A DNA stretch of 64,000 nt from a virus (taxonomy: Duplodnaviria; Caudoviricetes): IMG/VR virus record IMGVR_UViG_3300037067_013742, positions 96,001 to 160,000 of that record. One strand, written 5' to 3'. Numbering within the stretch: the first letter of the stretch is position 1; every line of letters starts with the position of its first letter. A program made the translations under genes and the position numbers. Below the pieces are notes generated by a model. It did no database searches. It was not told the origin of the DNA and was given only the letters and a program-made list of their open reading frames with translations. Below are positions 49,053-58,877 of this stretch, one piece after another.

Positions 49053-50177
49053 ATGATGCAGATAGAACTTTTTAAGCCCTTCTATGGAGTAGAAGAGATC
49101 CTTGCTCTCGAAGAAGCAATTAAGAGCGACTGGTGGACCCTCGGTCCTCGAACTGCCAAGTTTGAAAGCGAATTTGGTTCCTTCTTGGGCTGCGAGCATG
49201 TTGTTGCTCTAAACTCCTGTACTGCTGCCCTAGACCTAGCTTTAAAGCTTCTAGATATAAAAGACGGTGACGAAGTTCTTATTCCCGCTCTTACTTTTAT
49301 TTCTACCGCACATGCAGCTATGTATAATCGGGCAACCCCAGTCTTCTGTGATATTGACCCAGATACACTTCTTCTTAGTCTCTCTGATGTTAAGAAGAAG
49401 ATTACACACAAGACCAAGGTCGTTATGGCGGTCCATTATGGGGGAAGATGTGTTGACATTAGTGAGCTTCGGAAGGTAGTTGGGCCAGACATCTTTATTG
49501 TTGAAGACTGTGCTCACGCTGCCGGTAGTAAGCTGAATGGTCTTTATGCTGGAACGATGGGAGATATTGGTTGCTTCTCTTTTCACGCCGTGAAGAACCT
49601 AGCTACAGGAGATGGAGGGGCTTTAACTACTAAGGATCGTTCTATCGCAACTAGAGCCAAGCGGTTAAGATGGCTTGGTATAGATAAAGGTACTTGGGAT
49701 CGAACTGGGGTAGATCGATCTTATTGGTGGGAATATCAAGTAGATGAGGTTGGCTATAAATATCATATGAATGACCTTACCGCGTCTCTAGCTTCTGTCC
49801 AATTAGGAAGGCTAGCTAAAGCTAATGAACGTCGAGCAGAGATAGCTTCCGTTTACTTCTCAGAGCTAGAAGGCATTAATGAGATTCGTTTTCCTGTTAT
49901 GTCGCAGAATACAAAAGATTCCATTAACAGTTGGCACCTTTATCCAATTAGGGCTTGTCGACGAGATGACCTTAGCTCCTATCTTAAAGGAAGAGGTGTT
50001 ACTACCGGAGTCCACTACAAGCCTATTCATTTGTATAAGTGTTATGGTGATCAGCCCTCTCTTCCAATTGTAGAAGCAGAGTGGAAAGAGTTGCTGAGTC
50101 TTCCAATGCATCCAAGTCTTAGTAATGAAGAAGTTGTATTCGTATGCGCTGAGATTAAACGGTTTTATGGCTTATAG
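49053..50177 (+). CDS. DegT/DnrJ/EryC1/StrS NDP-sugar aminotransferase (PLP)
   Basis: NSCTAAL, VEDCAHA and FSFHAVKNLATGDGG; AGGAG RBS before ATG 49053. Confidence 0.93.
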   Translation: MMQIELFKPFYGVEEILALEEAIKSDWWTLGPRTAKFESEFGSFLGCEHVVALNSCTAALDLALKLLDIKDGDEVLIPALTFISTAHAAMYNRATPVFCDIDPDTLLLSLSDVKKKITHKTKVVMAVHYGGRCVDISELRKVVGPDIFIVEDCAHAAGSKLNGLYAGTMGDIGCFSFHAVKNLATGDGGALTTKDRSIATRAKRLRWLGIDKGTWDRTGVDRSYWWEYQVDEVGYKYHMNDLTASLASVQLGRLAKANERRAEIASVYFSELEGINEIRFPVMSQNTKDSINSWHLYPIRACRRDDLSSYLKGRGVTTGVHYKPIHLYKCYGDQPSLPIVEAEWKELLSLPMHPSLSNEEVVFVCAEIKRFYGL

Positions 50178-50186
50178 GAGTTTTAT

Positions 50187-50891
50187 ATGCAGCAATTTAC
50201 AATTCACCCAATGATACATAGAGCTGGCTTGGGTGGAATGGATCAGTATGCGGGTGGGACAGATAAGACAATTAGTGGTCAGGGATATGTTGCTCATTAT
50301 GATGCGTACTTCAATCACCTAAGATCTCAAAAAGTTAGGCTATTAGAGCTTGGGATTGGATGCTCTCACGAATGTCCCTCCCTCCGGATGTGGGAGAAGT
50401 ACTTTCCTAATGGCGATATCTTTGGCGTGGATATTACTCCAGCCGTAGCGAGCTACCAAGGTAGAGCTAAGACTATTGTTGGTAATTTAGAGGATCCTCT
50501 AGTTGTCGCTAATATCAAAGCAGCCGTAGGCATTTGCGATATTATTATAGATGACGCATCTCACCATGTTATACAACAACAAAAACTTTTCAAAGAGTTT
50601 TGGCCAATGGTTAAGAACAATGGCCTCTATGTTATAGAGGATCTTTGTGGTTCATATATGAAAGCCTTTGGTGGTGGGTATAAGCAAAAAGATACAACGA
50701 TGGAAATGCTAAAGAGTCTCATAGACTGTGTGAACCATGCGTTTTATAAGGTAACATCCTTTTGGCCTCATATGGCTCAGTATGGAGAGGCCCCAGTATC
50801 CGATTCCGTGACAGCATATGATAAAGAGATTGCTTCAATGCATTTCTATCGTAATATAGCCTTTATATTCAAAGGAGTTCCTAGTGAGTAG
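50187..50891 (+). CDS. Class I SAM-dependent (sugar O-)methyltransferase, MycE/TylE-like
   Basis: GTDK, LLELGIG, SLRMWEKYFP, DIIIDDASH and GLYVIEDL. Confidence 0.85.
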   Translation: MQQFTIHPMIHRAGLGGMDQYAGGTDKTISGQGYVAHYDAYFNHLRSQKVRLLELGIGCSHECPSLRMWEKYFPNGDIFGVDITPAVASYQGRAKTIVGNLEDPLVVANIKAAVGICDIIIDDASHHVIQQQKLFKEFWPMVKNNGLYVIEDLCGSYMKAFGGGYKQKDTTMEMLKSLIDCVNHAFYKVTSFWPHMAQYGEAPVSDSVTAYDKEIASMHFYRNIAFIFKGVPSE

Positions 50892-52077
50892 CACTTGTAT
50901 GACGGTCTGTTTTTCCGGAGATCGGAATGACCTACCTCTTGTTTTTGTTGCCGCTTGGAGAAAGTTTATTGAGCGGCATAAAAAAGAGCTACCATTTGAC
51001 GTTGTCTTTATCCACGGAGGCTTTGATGAGACAAAGTTTAATGCCGCTGTAGGTGGGGTCGTTCCGACCTATTCCCTCCCTGGATGGGACAAAAGCTTTG
51101 GTGTTGTATATCCGTCTATGGTCTACGCTTCTGGGTATAAGTACGTTCTTCATATAGATCATGATGCCTTTCCCTCTATTGCAATGCTGAGAGCAGTTAA
51201 CGATCTTCTTGATGAGCATGGGGAGATCGACTTTATGGGCCCGACTAATTTTCCGAGAAGCGTTAATATTCAAGGGTCCGACTTAACAAGAACAAAGTAT
51301 TGTTCAAAAAAGATAATTAACGGAAAGCTTACGATTAGTCACTTTCCATTTGGGATTCCATCAGATGATGGAGACTTTTGGGTAATGAAAAGGGATCTAT
51401 TTTTTGATGCTCAGGCATTAATGTTAGCAAATCTGAAGAGTAAGTATGGAGATGTTCGGCAGGTAAACCAGATAATAAACCATACTCTTACCTATGGAGA
51501 GACCTGTAATATACTTGGCGCCTCTTCTGAGGAGATTCCAACGGGTGTTAGTCAGGATCGTCTTTGGCTTGATGGCGCCTTTCAGGGAGATCTTTGGGTA
51601 TGGATATGTTCTCAGAGACCTCAGGGGGCTGGAATTCTCTCTCCTAGCGGAATTTCCTTTCGGAAGAAGAACCATCTTCGGGATGCCTTTAGTACTATCC
51701 ATCCTGTTAAATGGAGTGAATTAGTAGATACAGATGACGCCTCTTTTCCTTATAAACTAAACGCCTATAATGATGAGTTATTTCATCTGCAGTCTGGATA
51801 CATATCCTGGTGGTATTTACAACCGATGATTGGTAATCAGCCAGACCCATACTGCAGCTTGTTCCAGCACTTCCGTCCTCCTTTCGAATTTTTCTATTGT
51901 CAACACTTTGCGGCAGTATACCTATTGGCCCAACATAATATGCCAGATCTTGCACGTCAGATGGAGGTCTCAATGGGAAAATTGCTTGAGCATAAAGGAG
52001 TTGATCAGCAGGAATTCTGGAGGAAGATTGCGTTAGTACAAGCGTATAGTGCCGAACCCTTGAAGGAGTACATATGA
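50884..52077 (+). CDS. GT-A fold glycosyltransferase-like protein
   Basis: YVLHIDHDAF DxD motif; cluster context. Confidence 0.5.
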   Translation: MSSTCMTVCFSGDRNDLPLVFVAAWRKFIERHKKELPFDVVFIHGGFDETKFNAAVGGVVPTYSLPGWDKSFGVVYPSMVYASGYKYVLHIDHDAFPSIAMLRAVNDLLDEHGEIDFMGPTNFPRSVNIQGSDLTRTKYCSKKIINGKLTISHFPFGIPSDDGDFWVMKRDLFFDAQALMLANLKSKYGDVRQVNQIINHTLTYGETCNILGASSEEIPTGVSQDRLWLDGAFQGDLWVWICSQRPQGAGILSPSGISFRKKNHLRDAFSTIHPVKWSELVDTDDASFPYKLNAYNDELFHLQSGYISWWYLQPMIGNQPDPYCSLFQHFRPPFEFFYCQHFAAVYLLAQHNMPDLARQMEVSMGKLLEHKGVDQQEFWRKIALVQAYSAEPLKEYI

Positions 52078-53099
52078 CAATAGCCGCAATTTTACCAACA
52101 ACTGGTGATCCCTATATTACAGGACTTTGGCTTAATTCCTTTAAGAAGACGTGGGGCAAAGAGGTAGATTCACTTTATGTCTGTATGAACTCGGGAGTAG
52201 ATCAGCCAGTTGCTGATTATGTAGCTCAAGAGTTTGAGAAGCTAGGGGCGCATGTTATTAAGTATAGAGGCTTTACAGATCACGGACAGGCAATAAGGTA
52301 CTGCCTAGAAGCTTGTACTGATGATATGGTCTTTCTTTCCGAAGATGACTTTTATGTTTTGCGTACTGGCGAAATAGCTCGGCTTATCAGAAGAGTCTCT
52401 TCTAATCTCGTTGACTGTATTGTATCTCCTCGCTCTTCTTGCTCTAGTGGAATACACGGTGCTATCGTTTCTCGATTTAACCTTATTGGCTTAGAAGCCA
52501 ACGAGCCTAATTTCTGGCCTTGTCTAGCAATTATCAAAAGATCTTTGTTGATGGAAACCGACCTATGGTTTAATTCAAAGAACTTTGTACGAGGCGTTTT
52601 AATTCCAGAGCTTCAGTGGACACCTGGTGGATCTGAAGAGTGTGGAGATACTTTTGTTTGGACCTCTATTCAGCTTAGGTGTAAACGGCTTCGTTTTCAA
52701 CTAGAGCCACAGTACCGACTTACGACAGAGGATATAAAACAGCAGAAGTCTGACTTTCCCTGGGTCCATTTTGGATCCACCTCAACAACCTTTAACGGAT
52801 CTCTCCTAGATGCCGATGGTACGATGTTAGGAGTTAGAGGAACTTCAAAGGGGCCAAAGATGTCGTTGCCATATATTCCCGACGAACATCTAAGGGAAGA
52901 TTATGAGCGACGTGTAAGTCTTTGGAAGTTATGTTTACATCGCTTTCCAATTCCGCCAGATTCTCCGGCCTCATATTTTAATAAAGATTATTCCGAGGCG
53001 ATAGATAGGCTTATTACTGGTTGTTCCTTAAGTCCGCAGAAGATACAGAGCTTCATGAATATCTACACGAGGATTTTGGCTCCCGTATTAGTAAAGTAA
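52074..53099 (+). CDS. GT-A (GT2-like) glycosyltransferase
   Basis: AAILPT start; HGQAIRYCLEACTDDMVFLSEDD; WVHFG. Confidence 0.65.
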   Translation: MTIAAILPTTGDPYITGLWLNSFKKTWGKEVDSLYVCMNSGVDQPVADYVAQEFEKLGAHVIKYRGFTDHGQAIRYCLEACTDDMVFLSEDDFYVLRTGEIARLIRRVSSNLVDCIVSPRSSCSSGIHGAIVSRFNLIGLEANEPNFWPCLAIIKRSLLMETDLWFNSKNFVRGVLIPELQWTPGGSEECGDTFVWTSIQLRCKRLRFQLEPQYRLTTEDIKQQKSDFPWVHFGSTSTTFNGSLLDADGTMLGVRGTSKGPKMSLPYIPDEHLREDYERRVSLWKLCLHRFPIPPDSPASYFNKDYSEAIDRLITGCSLSPQKIQSFMNIYTRILAPVLVK

Positions 53100-53113
53100 A
53101 GAGCTAAGGTAAT

Positions 53114-54163
53114 ATGAGGGTACTAGCCGATTTACATCATGCAGACCTTTATTATTCTCTACAACTTCTTTTTGAGAGGAGGCTAGGAGCGGAGCTTTAT
53201 CGTCCGATTGGGCTAGAGTGGTATACAGAAGGTTTCTGGAATGTTTTTCCTCATCCGGATACAGCGGGTCAGTATCTGGGGCTCAATCAGGCAATCGACA
53301 TCCCGAAGGATGTTCGTGGGGATCCTCTTCCTAAAGGGGCTAGAGTAAATGAAGAGTATCGTTTTGAGGATGGTATTTACTACGTAACAGACGTTACTAA
53401 AGGAAAGATACAAAGAGCCATAACTCTAGAAAAGTTTAGGAGTATGGAATTTGATATCGTTCTGTCCTCGATGCCTGTACATATAGAGCCCTTTAATCGT
53501 TTAATTGCACAGTCTCAGCCTAAAGCAAAGCACATATTTCAGGTTGGTAACGCCTGGGGTCATCAGCCAGGAGTAAAGAATATTTTGGCATCTACTGCGC
53601 CCTTTGTCGTTCCAAATGGGGTAAATGTTTGTTTCTATCATCAGGAGTTTGATCTAGACGTTTGGAGGTACGACCCTCCAACTAATCATAATGTTGTATA
53701 TAGCTGGGTTCACTGGATGCAAAGAAAGGATCTAATGAGTTCCTTTGCCTCCAAACTTCCCGGGTGGACCTTTCGGTCTTTTGGTGCTGGACTAGAAGAT
53801 CACGTTATGGAGACCCATAAGCAGGCGGAAAAGATGAGGGAGTCTGGTTGGACTTGGCATTACAAACCAGAAGGTGATGGTTACGGATATGCTCCTCATC
53901 GGGCCTGTGCGACCGGTCGTCCTCTTGTCGTCTGGGGAGATTTCTACAAAGGAAAATTGGCTGGTCGGCTAATGGAAGACCTCGTTACTTGTATTGATAT
54001 AAGCCGTCGTACAACCGATGAGAGCATTAAAATTCTTGGAAGGCTTTCTAATCCAGAAGAACATATCAGAATAGCAGAGGCAGCATACAAGAAGTTTAGG
54101 CAGGTAGTCGACTTCGATAAAGAATTTGTGGACATCAAAAGGTTTTTAGAAAATTTAAGGTAG
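53114..54163 (+). CDS. GT-B fold glycosyltransferase-like protein
   Basis: DGYGYAPHRACATGRPLV is a variant of the GT4 EgFG...EA.a.G.Pv motif. Confidence 0.65.
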   Translation: MRVLADLHHADLYYSLQLLFERRLGAELYRPIGLEWYTEGFWNVFPHPDTAGQYLGLNQAIDIPKDVRGDPLPKGARVNEEYRFEDGIYYVTDVTKGKIQRAITLEKFRSMEFDIVLSSMPVHIEPFNRLIAQSQPKAKHIFQVGNAWGHQPGVKNILASTAPFVVPNGVNVCFYHQEFDLDVWRYDPPTNHNVVYSWVHWMQRKDLMSSFASKLPGWTFRSFGAGLEDHVMETHKQAEKMRESGWTWHYKPEGDGYGYAPHRACATGRPLVVWGDFYKGKLAGRLMEDLVTCIDISRRTTDESIKILGRLSNPEEHIRIAEAAYKKFRQVVDFDKEFVDIKRFLENLR

Positions 54164-54165
54164 CT

Positions 54166-54939
54166 ATGTCCGATCGGTTCAAGCAAGTACTAGAGGCTTA
54201 TAATAAGAAGCAAGTCTTCTGTGACTATGCTCCTCTTCACGTTTATATAGAACCAACCAATAAGTGTAACTTAAACTGTTTTCATTGTACTAATGGCCAG
54301 CCTAATGGTCGCCTAAAGGGATTTATGGACCTTGATCTCTACGAGAATATTGTTCGGCAATGTAGGGATCTTAACATTGAGTGGGTATACCTTTTCTTTA
54401 TCGGGGAGTCGCTTTTACATCCTAAGATAAACGAAATGATCTCTTTTGCGCGCGGGCATGGGATAAAAGTTAGGCTTCATACAAATGGGACAATACCAAA
54501 GGTAACGGGTGTTCTTGTCGACGACCTTCATATTTCTATAAATAGTACTGACTTCAGTTATATTCAGAGGAATGTTGATCGTTTAATAGAGTTAGACAAA
54601 CCCTTTGTCTTAGAGTCGATTGATGGTATTTCGCCACCCGTAGAGAGCAGGTATGCTGGATATATTAGTCATAAGGAATATCTGAACTTTTACTTGCCGG
54701 AAAACAACAGGAATGGCTCTACTTCTTTTAGTATGGTTTGTAGTCACCCATATAAATCTCTTGCTATTGGATGGGATGGAGCCTGTGCGCCCTGTTGTGT
54801 CGATGCAGATATAAAGTTTTCTATTGGGAGGCTTCCAGAAGAATCACTTCTTGATATCTGGAATAGTCCACACATGCAAGAAATTAGAAGTCATCCCGTT
54901 GGTATCTGTAATGGCTGTAATATCAAGCGGCTGCCTTAG
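54166..54939 (+). CDS. Radical SAM protein with SPASM/twitch domain
   Basis: CNLNCFHC (CxxxCxxC), GESLLHP, TNG, CSHPY...GACAPCCVD...IG...SLLDIWNS...CNGC. Confidence 0.92.
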   Translation: MSDRFKQVLEAYNKKQVFCDYAPLHVYIEPTNKCNLNCFHCTNGQPNGRLKGFMDLDLYENIVRQCRDLNIEWVYLFFIGESLLHPKINEMISFARGHGIKVRLHTNGTIPKVTGVLVDDLHISINSTDFSYIQRNVDRLIELDKPFVLESIDGISPPVESRYAGYISHKEYLNFYLPENNRNGSTSFSMVCSHPYKSLAIGWDGACAPCCVDADIKFSIGRLPEESLLDIWNSPHMQEIRSHPVGICNGCNIKRLP

Positions 54940-54968
54940 TCTGCTATCGTTCTCTCAAGGAGCTTATT

Positions 54969-55700
54969 ATGTCTATCGAGGAACAACATCTCGAGAAGAT
55001 TGCTAAAAGGTTTAGTTCTAAAGATGGGTACAATGCCCATATGTCCGATTTTGCCTATAGGACAATCAGACCATTTTTCCAAGGTAGGACTTGCCTGGAA
55101 CTTGGGTCTAGTGATGGACAGATGACCCCAAAGCTACTACTAGACTTTGAAACAGTTGTTGCTGTTGATGGGAGTAATACCCAGATTAAAAGACTAAGAG
55201 AATTTCATCAAGAGGAGATATCTCTAGAGCGCTTAGTGACTTATGTATCTCTAATCGAAAACCTACCGGATGTTCTTCCCACTCAAAGTAGGTTTGATAC
55301 TATTGTTGCTACTTATCTTCTAGAGCACGTTGATAATCCAGTTCAAACTCTTTCTACTGCAAGAAAGTTTCTGGAGAGGAATGGGGTTCTTATTGTTGTA
55401 GTCCCTAATGCTAATTCTATTCATCGGATAGTTGGTCAATATATGGGTGTTCTGGAAAGCAGGACAGACCTGTCAGAACAAGATCATCACGATGGTCATC
55501 GTCGAACATATACAACCGAATCTTTGATGGCTGATTTTCACCGAGCTGGACTAGTCGTTATTCGTACTGGTGGTATTTTGCTTAAGCCGCTACCAGCTTC
55601 TCAGATGGAAGTGCTTCCTCGTAATGTTGAAGAGGGCTTCTTTAAAGCCGGTCAAGAATTTCCTAGCTTCTGTTCTTCTATTTTTGTGGTAGGCCAATGA
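54969..55700 (+). CDS. Class I SAM-dependent methyltransferase
   Basis: CLELGSSDG, FDTIVATYLLEHVDNP, VVVPNA and HRRTYT. Confidence 0.88.
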   Translation: MSIEEQHLEKIAKRFSSKDGYNAHMSDFAYRTIRPFFQGRTCLELGSSDGQMTPKLLLDFETVVAVDGSNTQIKRLREFHQEEISLERLVTYVSLIENLPDVLPTQSRFDTIVATYLLEHVDNPVQTLSTARKFLERNGVLIVVVPNANSIHRIVGQYMGVLESRTDLSEQDHHDGHRRTYTTESLMADFHRAGLVVIRTGGILLKPLPASQMEVLPRNVEEGFFKAGQEFPSFCSSIFVVGQ

Positions 55701-57025
55701 AGAGAATTCTTATCGTTCCTGCTGGGACAGATAATGGATACGAGGTTTGGGAGTCTTTGAAGGGACGATATGAAGTCTTCTGTGCTGATGCTCTAGAAGA
55801 TAATCCAACTTCCATCGTCTCCGGACGACACGTTCAGATGCCAATGGGGTTTGGTTCAGACTTCTGGCAAGAGTTATCTTCTGCCTGTAGTCGTCTTGAT
55901 ATAGACCTAGTAATTCCTACTCACGATGGCTTACTAGTTCCGTTAGCTGAGATGGGAAAGGTTGGAGGAGCCAAGGTTTTAACCTCTCCTCCAGAAGCTT
56001 GTCGCGTAACCTTTAGGAAAGACACAACATATTCTTTTCTTCAGGCGAATGGGTTATGGGATATATGTCCATTTCTTGCGGATAGGTTTCCCGCCTTTCT
56101 TCGGCCGAATAATGGTCGGGGCTCTAGGAGTGCCTTTAAAGTAGATGATAAGAAAACCTTAGATCTTTTAGAACAGTTAGTACCAGATAGTATTGTTACA
56201 GAATATCTACCCGGTAAGGAATATACGGTAGATTGTCTCTCTGACCTTAACGGAGAGCTTCTTGGTCACTGCATAAGGGAGAGAGTCTATATTTCTAATG
56301 GCGTTACAAAGATTGGCGTGACGGTAGATAACCAGTCTATTTCTAGTATGGCTGAGAAGATATCGAGTTGCCTCAAGACTTCTGGTCCCTGGTTCTTCCA
56401 GGCTAAGGAAGATAGTGGTGGAATTCCTAAGCTAACAGAGATCAATCTTCGCGTTGGAGGTACCTCTGGGCTATCTAGGATCGCTGGATTTAATCATATG
56501 CTTCTTGCTACTAGGATGTATCTTGGAGAGCCTATAAGCGCAATAGAGCCACCACAAATAGGTGTCGTGGTAAGTCGTGGTCCTATACTTCATACTCACT
56601 TTGATGCTAGGTATATAAGGTTGGTTCTATGGGATCTTGACGACACTATATGGACTGGTGAGCTATCTAAGAATTATCGTACTCCACAAATTATCTCGGA
56701 GGTTGCAGCAACTATAGCTATCCTTGCAACTAAGGGAGTTTTTATGGGGATAGTTACTAGTAACAAGTTGCTTAGAGAAAGTGGTACTTACTCTGTCACA
56801 TCTTTTCTTAGACAGTCCGGAATCCACTTTCCATTTAGCCCAATTCTCTTTTCTCCTGATGGTAAGGCTTCTGCCATTAGTTCCTTTCTGGAAAACTCTA
56901 GCTTTGTTCCTGGTGAGGTGGTGCTAGTAGATGATTCTTTTAAAGAAAGGGAGTGTGTTACTAAGGACTTGAGAATTAGAGTTTTAGACCCAACTCTCCA
57001 TTACCTGCTAAGAGATATAAAATGA
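55697..57025 (+). CDS. ATP-grasp ligase fused to an FkbH/MDP-1-like HAD domain
   Basis: GRGSR, EYLPGKEYTVD and TEINLRVGG (ATP-grasp); LVLWDLDDTIW and LVDDSFKERE (HAD). Confidence 0.8.
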   Translation: MKRILIVPAGTDNGYEVWESLKGRYEVFCADALEDNPTSIVSGRHVQMPMGFGSDFWQELSSACSRLDIDLVIPTHDGLLVPLAEMGKVGGAKVLTSPPEACRVTFRKDTTYSFLQANGLWDICPFLADRFPAFLRPNNGRGSRSAFKVDDKKTLDLLEQLVPDSIVTEYLPGKEYTVDCLSDLNGELLGHCIRERVYISNGVTKIGVTVDNQSISSMAEKISSCLKTSGPWFFQAKEDSGGIPKLTEINLRVGGTSGLSRIAGFNHMLLATRMYLGEPISAIEPPQIGVVVSRGPILHTHFDARYIRLVLWDLDDTIWTGELSKNYRTPQIISEVAATIAILATKGVFMGIVTSNKLLRESGTYSVTSFLRQSGIHFPFSPILFSPDGKASAISSFLENSSFVPGEVVLVDDSFKERECVTKDLRIRVLDPTLHYLLRDIK

Positions 57026-57684
57026 TATTAGATCTTTCTGAAATAGAATATGTTAACTTTAACGAGAGAGACGTTGAGGTTCCTGCTCTCCTATCATTTT
57101 TATCTAAGGTTGGAGAGATTTCATCTATCTTAGATGTTGGCGGAAACTATTCATGGTACACATATGCTTCAAAGGTTAGGCACTTTCTACCTAAAACGGA
57201 GTATACAGTCGTTGATCTTCTACCCGACACAGAGACCGAGAAGCTTGTTGATAGATTTGTGGTTGGAGAAGCAGAGCCACTTCTAGAAGTAAACAAGTTT
57301 GACGTAGTCTTTTCTATTTCTGTTCTTGAACACGTTGGTATAAAACCTTTACGAAGTGAGAATCCTGTACAAGATAGAATGAACTTAGTTACTTCTATTT
57401 GTCTTGCTTCAGAGAAAGGTGTCTTTCTTAGTTTCCCATTTGGAGAAGAGGGGGAATATCCTGGTCAGTATGCGAATGTTACATATGAAGAACTGCTAGA
57501 TATTGGTCAGTTCGCGAACAGAGCAGAGTTCCTCTTCTCTACCCAATTCTTTTTTAATCCATTTCCTCAGGGCCGGGAGCTTTGGTCTGAGATAAAAGTA
57601 GATGAGGCCTCAAGGATCAAACTTAATGAGAAACTTGGTGTTCAATGTGTGTGTCTCGCCACACTTGTAAGACCTGGAAAGTAG
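57022..57684 (+). CDS. Methyltransferase-fold protein (DUF268-like)
   Basis: ERDVEVP, ILDVGG, FDVVFSISVLEHVG and LSFPFG. Confidence 0.7.
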   Translation: MILDLSEIEYVNFNERDVEVPALLSFLSKVGEISSILDVGGNYSWYTYASKVRHFLPKTEYTVVDLLPDTETEKLVDRFVVGEAEPLLEVNKFDVVFSISVLEHVGIKPLRSENPVQDRMNLVTSICLASEKGVFLSFPFGEEGEYPGQYANVTYEELLDIGQFANRAEFLFSTQFFFNPFPQGRELWSEIKVDEASRIKLNEKLGVQCVCLATLVRPGK

Positions 57685-57686
57685 GG

Positions 57687-57702
57687 TATAATTAACGGCA
57701 TG
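57687..57702 (+). promoter_or_regulatory. TATAAT 7 nt before ATG; leaderless-type
   Basis: TATAAT 57687-57692, ATG 57700. Confidence 0.5.
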
Positions 57703-58071
57703 GCACGACTAAAAAAGAACTATCAGGCTAATGTTTCTAGAGATTACGCCCCCCTCTACTGTATCTGTATTGGTGGTAGGTGTGATCTAGTTCAGAATGG
57801 GCTCGGAGTCGATCTGAGCAAGTTATCGAAGGATAAAATTCCTCTCTTAGAGGGCACCGAACCTAACGTCGTATTTTTGACAGATATTCCAAAGCAAGTC
57901 CCAAACTTAATGTTTGTTAAGGTTGTCGTTTTCTATACTTCTAGGTCTCCTGAAGATCTTGTTAAGTTTTGTCGGGAGAATCTGAACGGTATTTTTGTAG
58001 ACTCTGCTAGGCTTTCCACTGAACCAGAACTCGTTGCTACTGAGATTCGAGAATACCTGGAACAGAAGTAA
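57700..58071 (+). CDS. Hypothetical protein
   Basis: ORF with an upstream TATAAT and TAATG coupling to the next gene. Confidence 0.5.
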   Translation: MARLKKNYQANVSRDYAPLYCICIGGRCDLVQNGLGVDLSKLSKDKIPLLEGTEPNVVFLTDIPKQVPNLMFVKVVVFYTSRSPEDLVKFCRENLNGIFVDSARLSTEPELVATEIREYLEQK

Positions 58072-58862
58072 TGCCTACCTCTGGTCTTCTTTTCATCCTC
58101 TATTATAGGGCGGGGTCTCATCTTCTTCTAAAATGTTTGGCTGGAAGACCTGGTAACGAACTTATTGATGGAATCAGTGGGGTATATGCTCCCTCCAACC
58201 TTTTAGTGACCGGGCCAAAGATTACAATTCAACATCTTATAGGAGATGTCCGAGATCTAGACCCCAAACCAAATCCCTCCCAATGTAGATATGTTTACGT
58301 GGCTGATTGGTGGGGTGGAGTATCAACTCATCATCAAGTTCCAGACCCTTATGATGGGGAGACGCTTTCGAGATGGGGATACGAGGAGCTAAGGCCACTC
58401 TTAGATAATTGGAAGGTTGTCTATCTTCTCAGAGATCCTAGAAGTCATATCGAGTCTCTTAGATGTACCACTGGTGAGAAAAAGAATCCCTACCAGGTTA
58501 GAGATTCGTTGGACTATTTCACTTACCAGTGTAAGGCTGCAAGAAATCGAATGCGGGTTGCTCTCGACTCAGTAGCTTCTTCAAGTAACGTCATTACGCT
58601 TAAGTCCGAAGAGCTGATCTCTTGCCCTTCTCGCTTCTTCTCTCAGTTAGTAGCTTTTTCTGGGATGTCTTTGGATGTAAAGGCTATCTTAGAAACCCAT
58701 AAAGCAGATACTCTTACCGCTGCCGGAGACTTTCATAGCACATTTAAGTCTGTTTCTGGATATGAGAATCGTTGGAGTAATTGGACATCTGAAGAGATTT
58801 CAATCTTTAACGATACTGCAGGAGCAGAGGCTAGAGAGCTCGGGTACTCCCGCCTCGCCTGA
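58071..58862 (+). CDS. Sulfotransferase-like (P-loop) protein
   Basis: YRAGSHLL (5'-PSB-like), KVVYLLRDPRSHIES (3'-PB), KSEELISCP and C-terminal NRW...ELGY. Confidence 0.65.
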   Translation: MPTSGLLFILYYRAGSHLLLKCLAGRPGNELIDGISGVYAPSNLLVTGPKITIQHLIGDVRDLDPKPNPSQCRYVYVADWWGGVSTHHQVPDPYDGETLSRWGYEELRPLLDNWKVVYLLRDPRSHIESLRCTTGEKKNPYQVRDSLDYFTYQCKAARNRMRVALDSVASSSNVITLKSEELISCPSRFFSQLVAFSGMSLDVKAILETHKADTLTAAGDFHSTFKSVSGYENRWSNWTSEEISIFNDTAGAEARELGYSRLA

Positions 58863-58877
58863 TATAATCCCAGTATG
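58863..58877 (+). promoter_or_regulatory. TATAAT 6 nt before the gmd ATG; leaderless-type
   Basis: TATAAT 58863-58868, ATG 58875. Confidence 0.5.
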
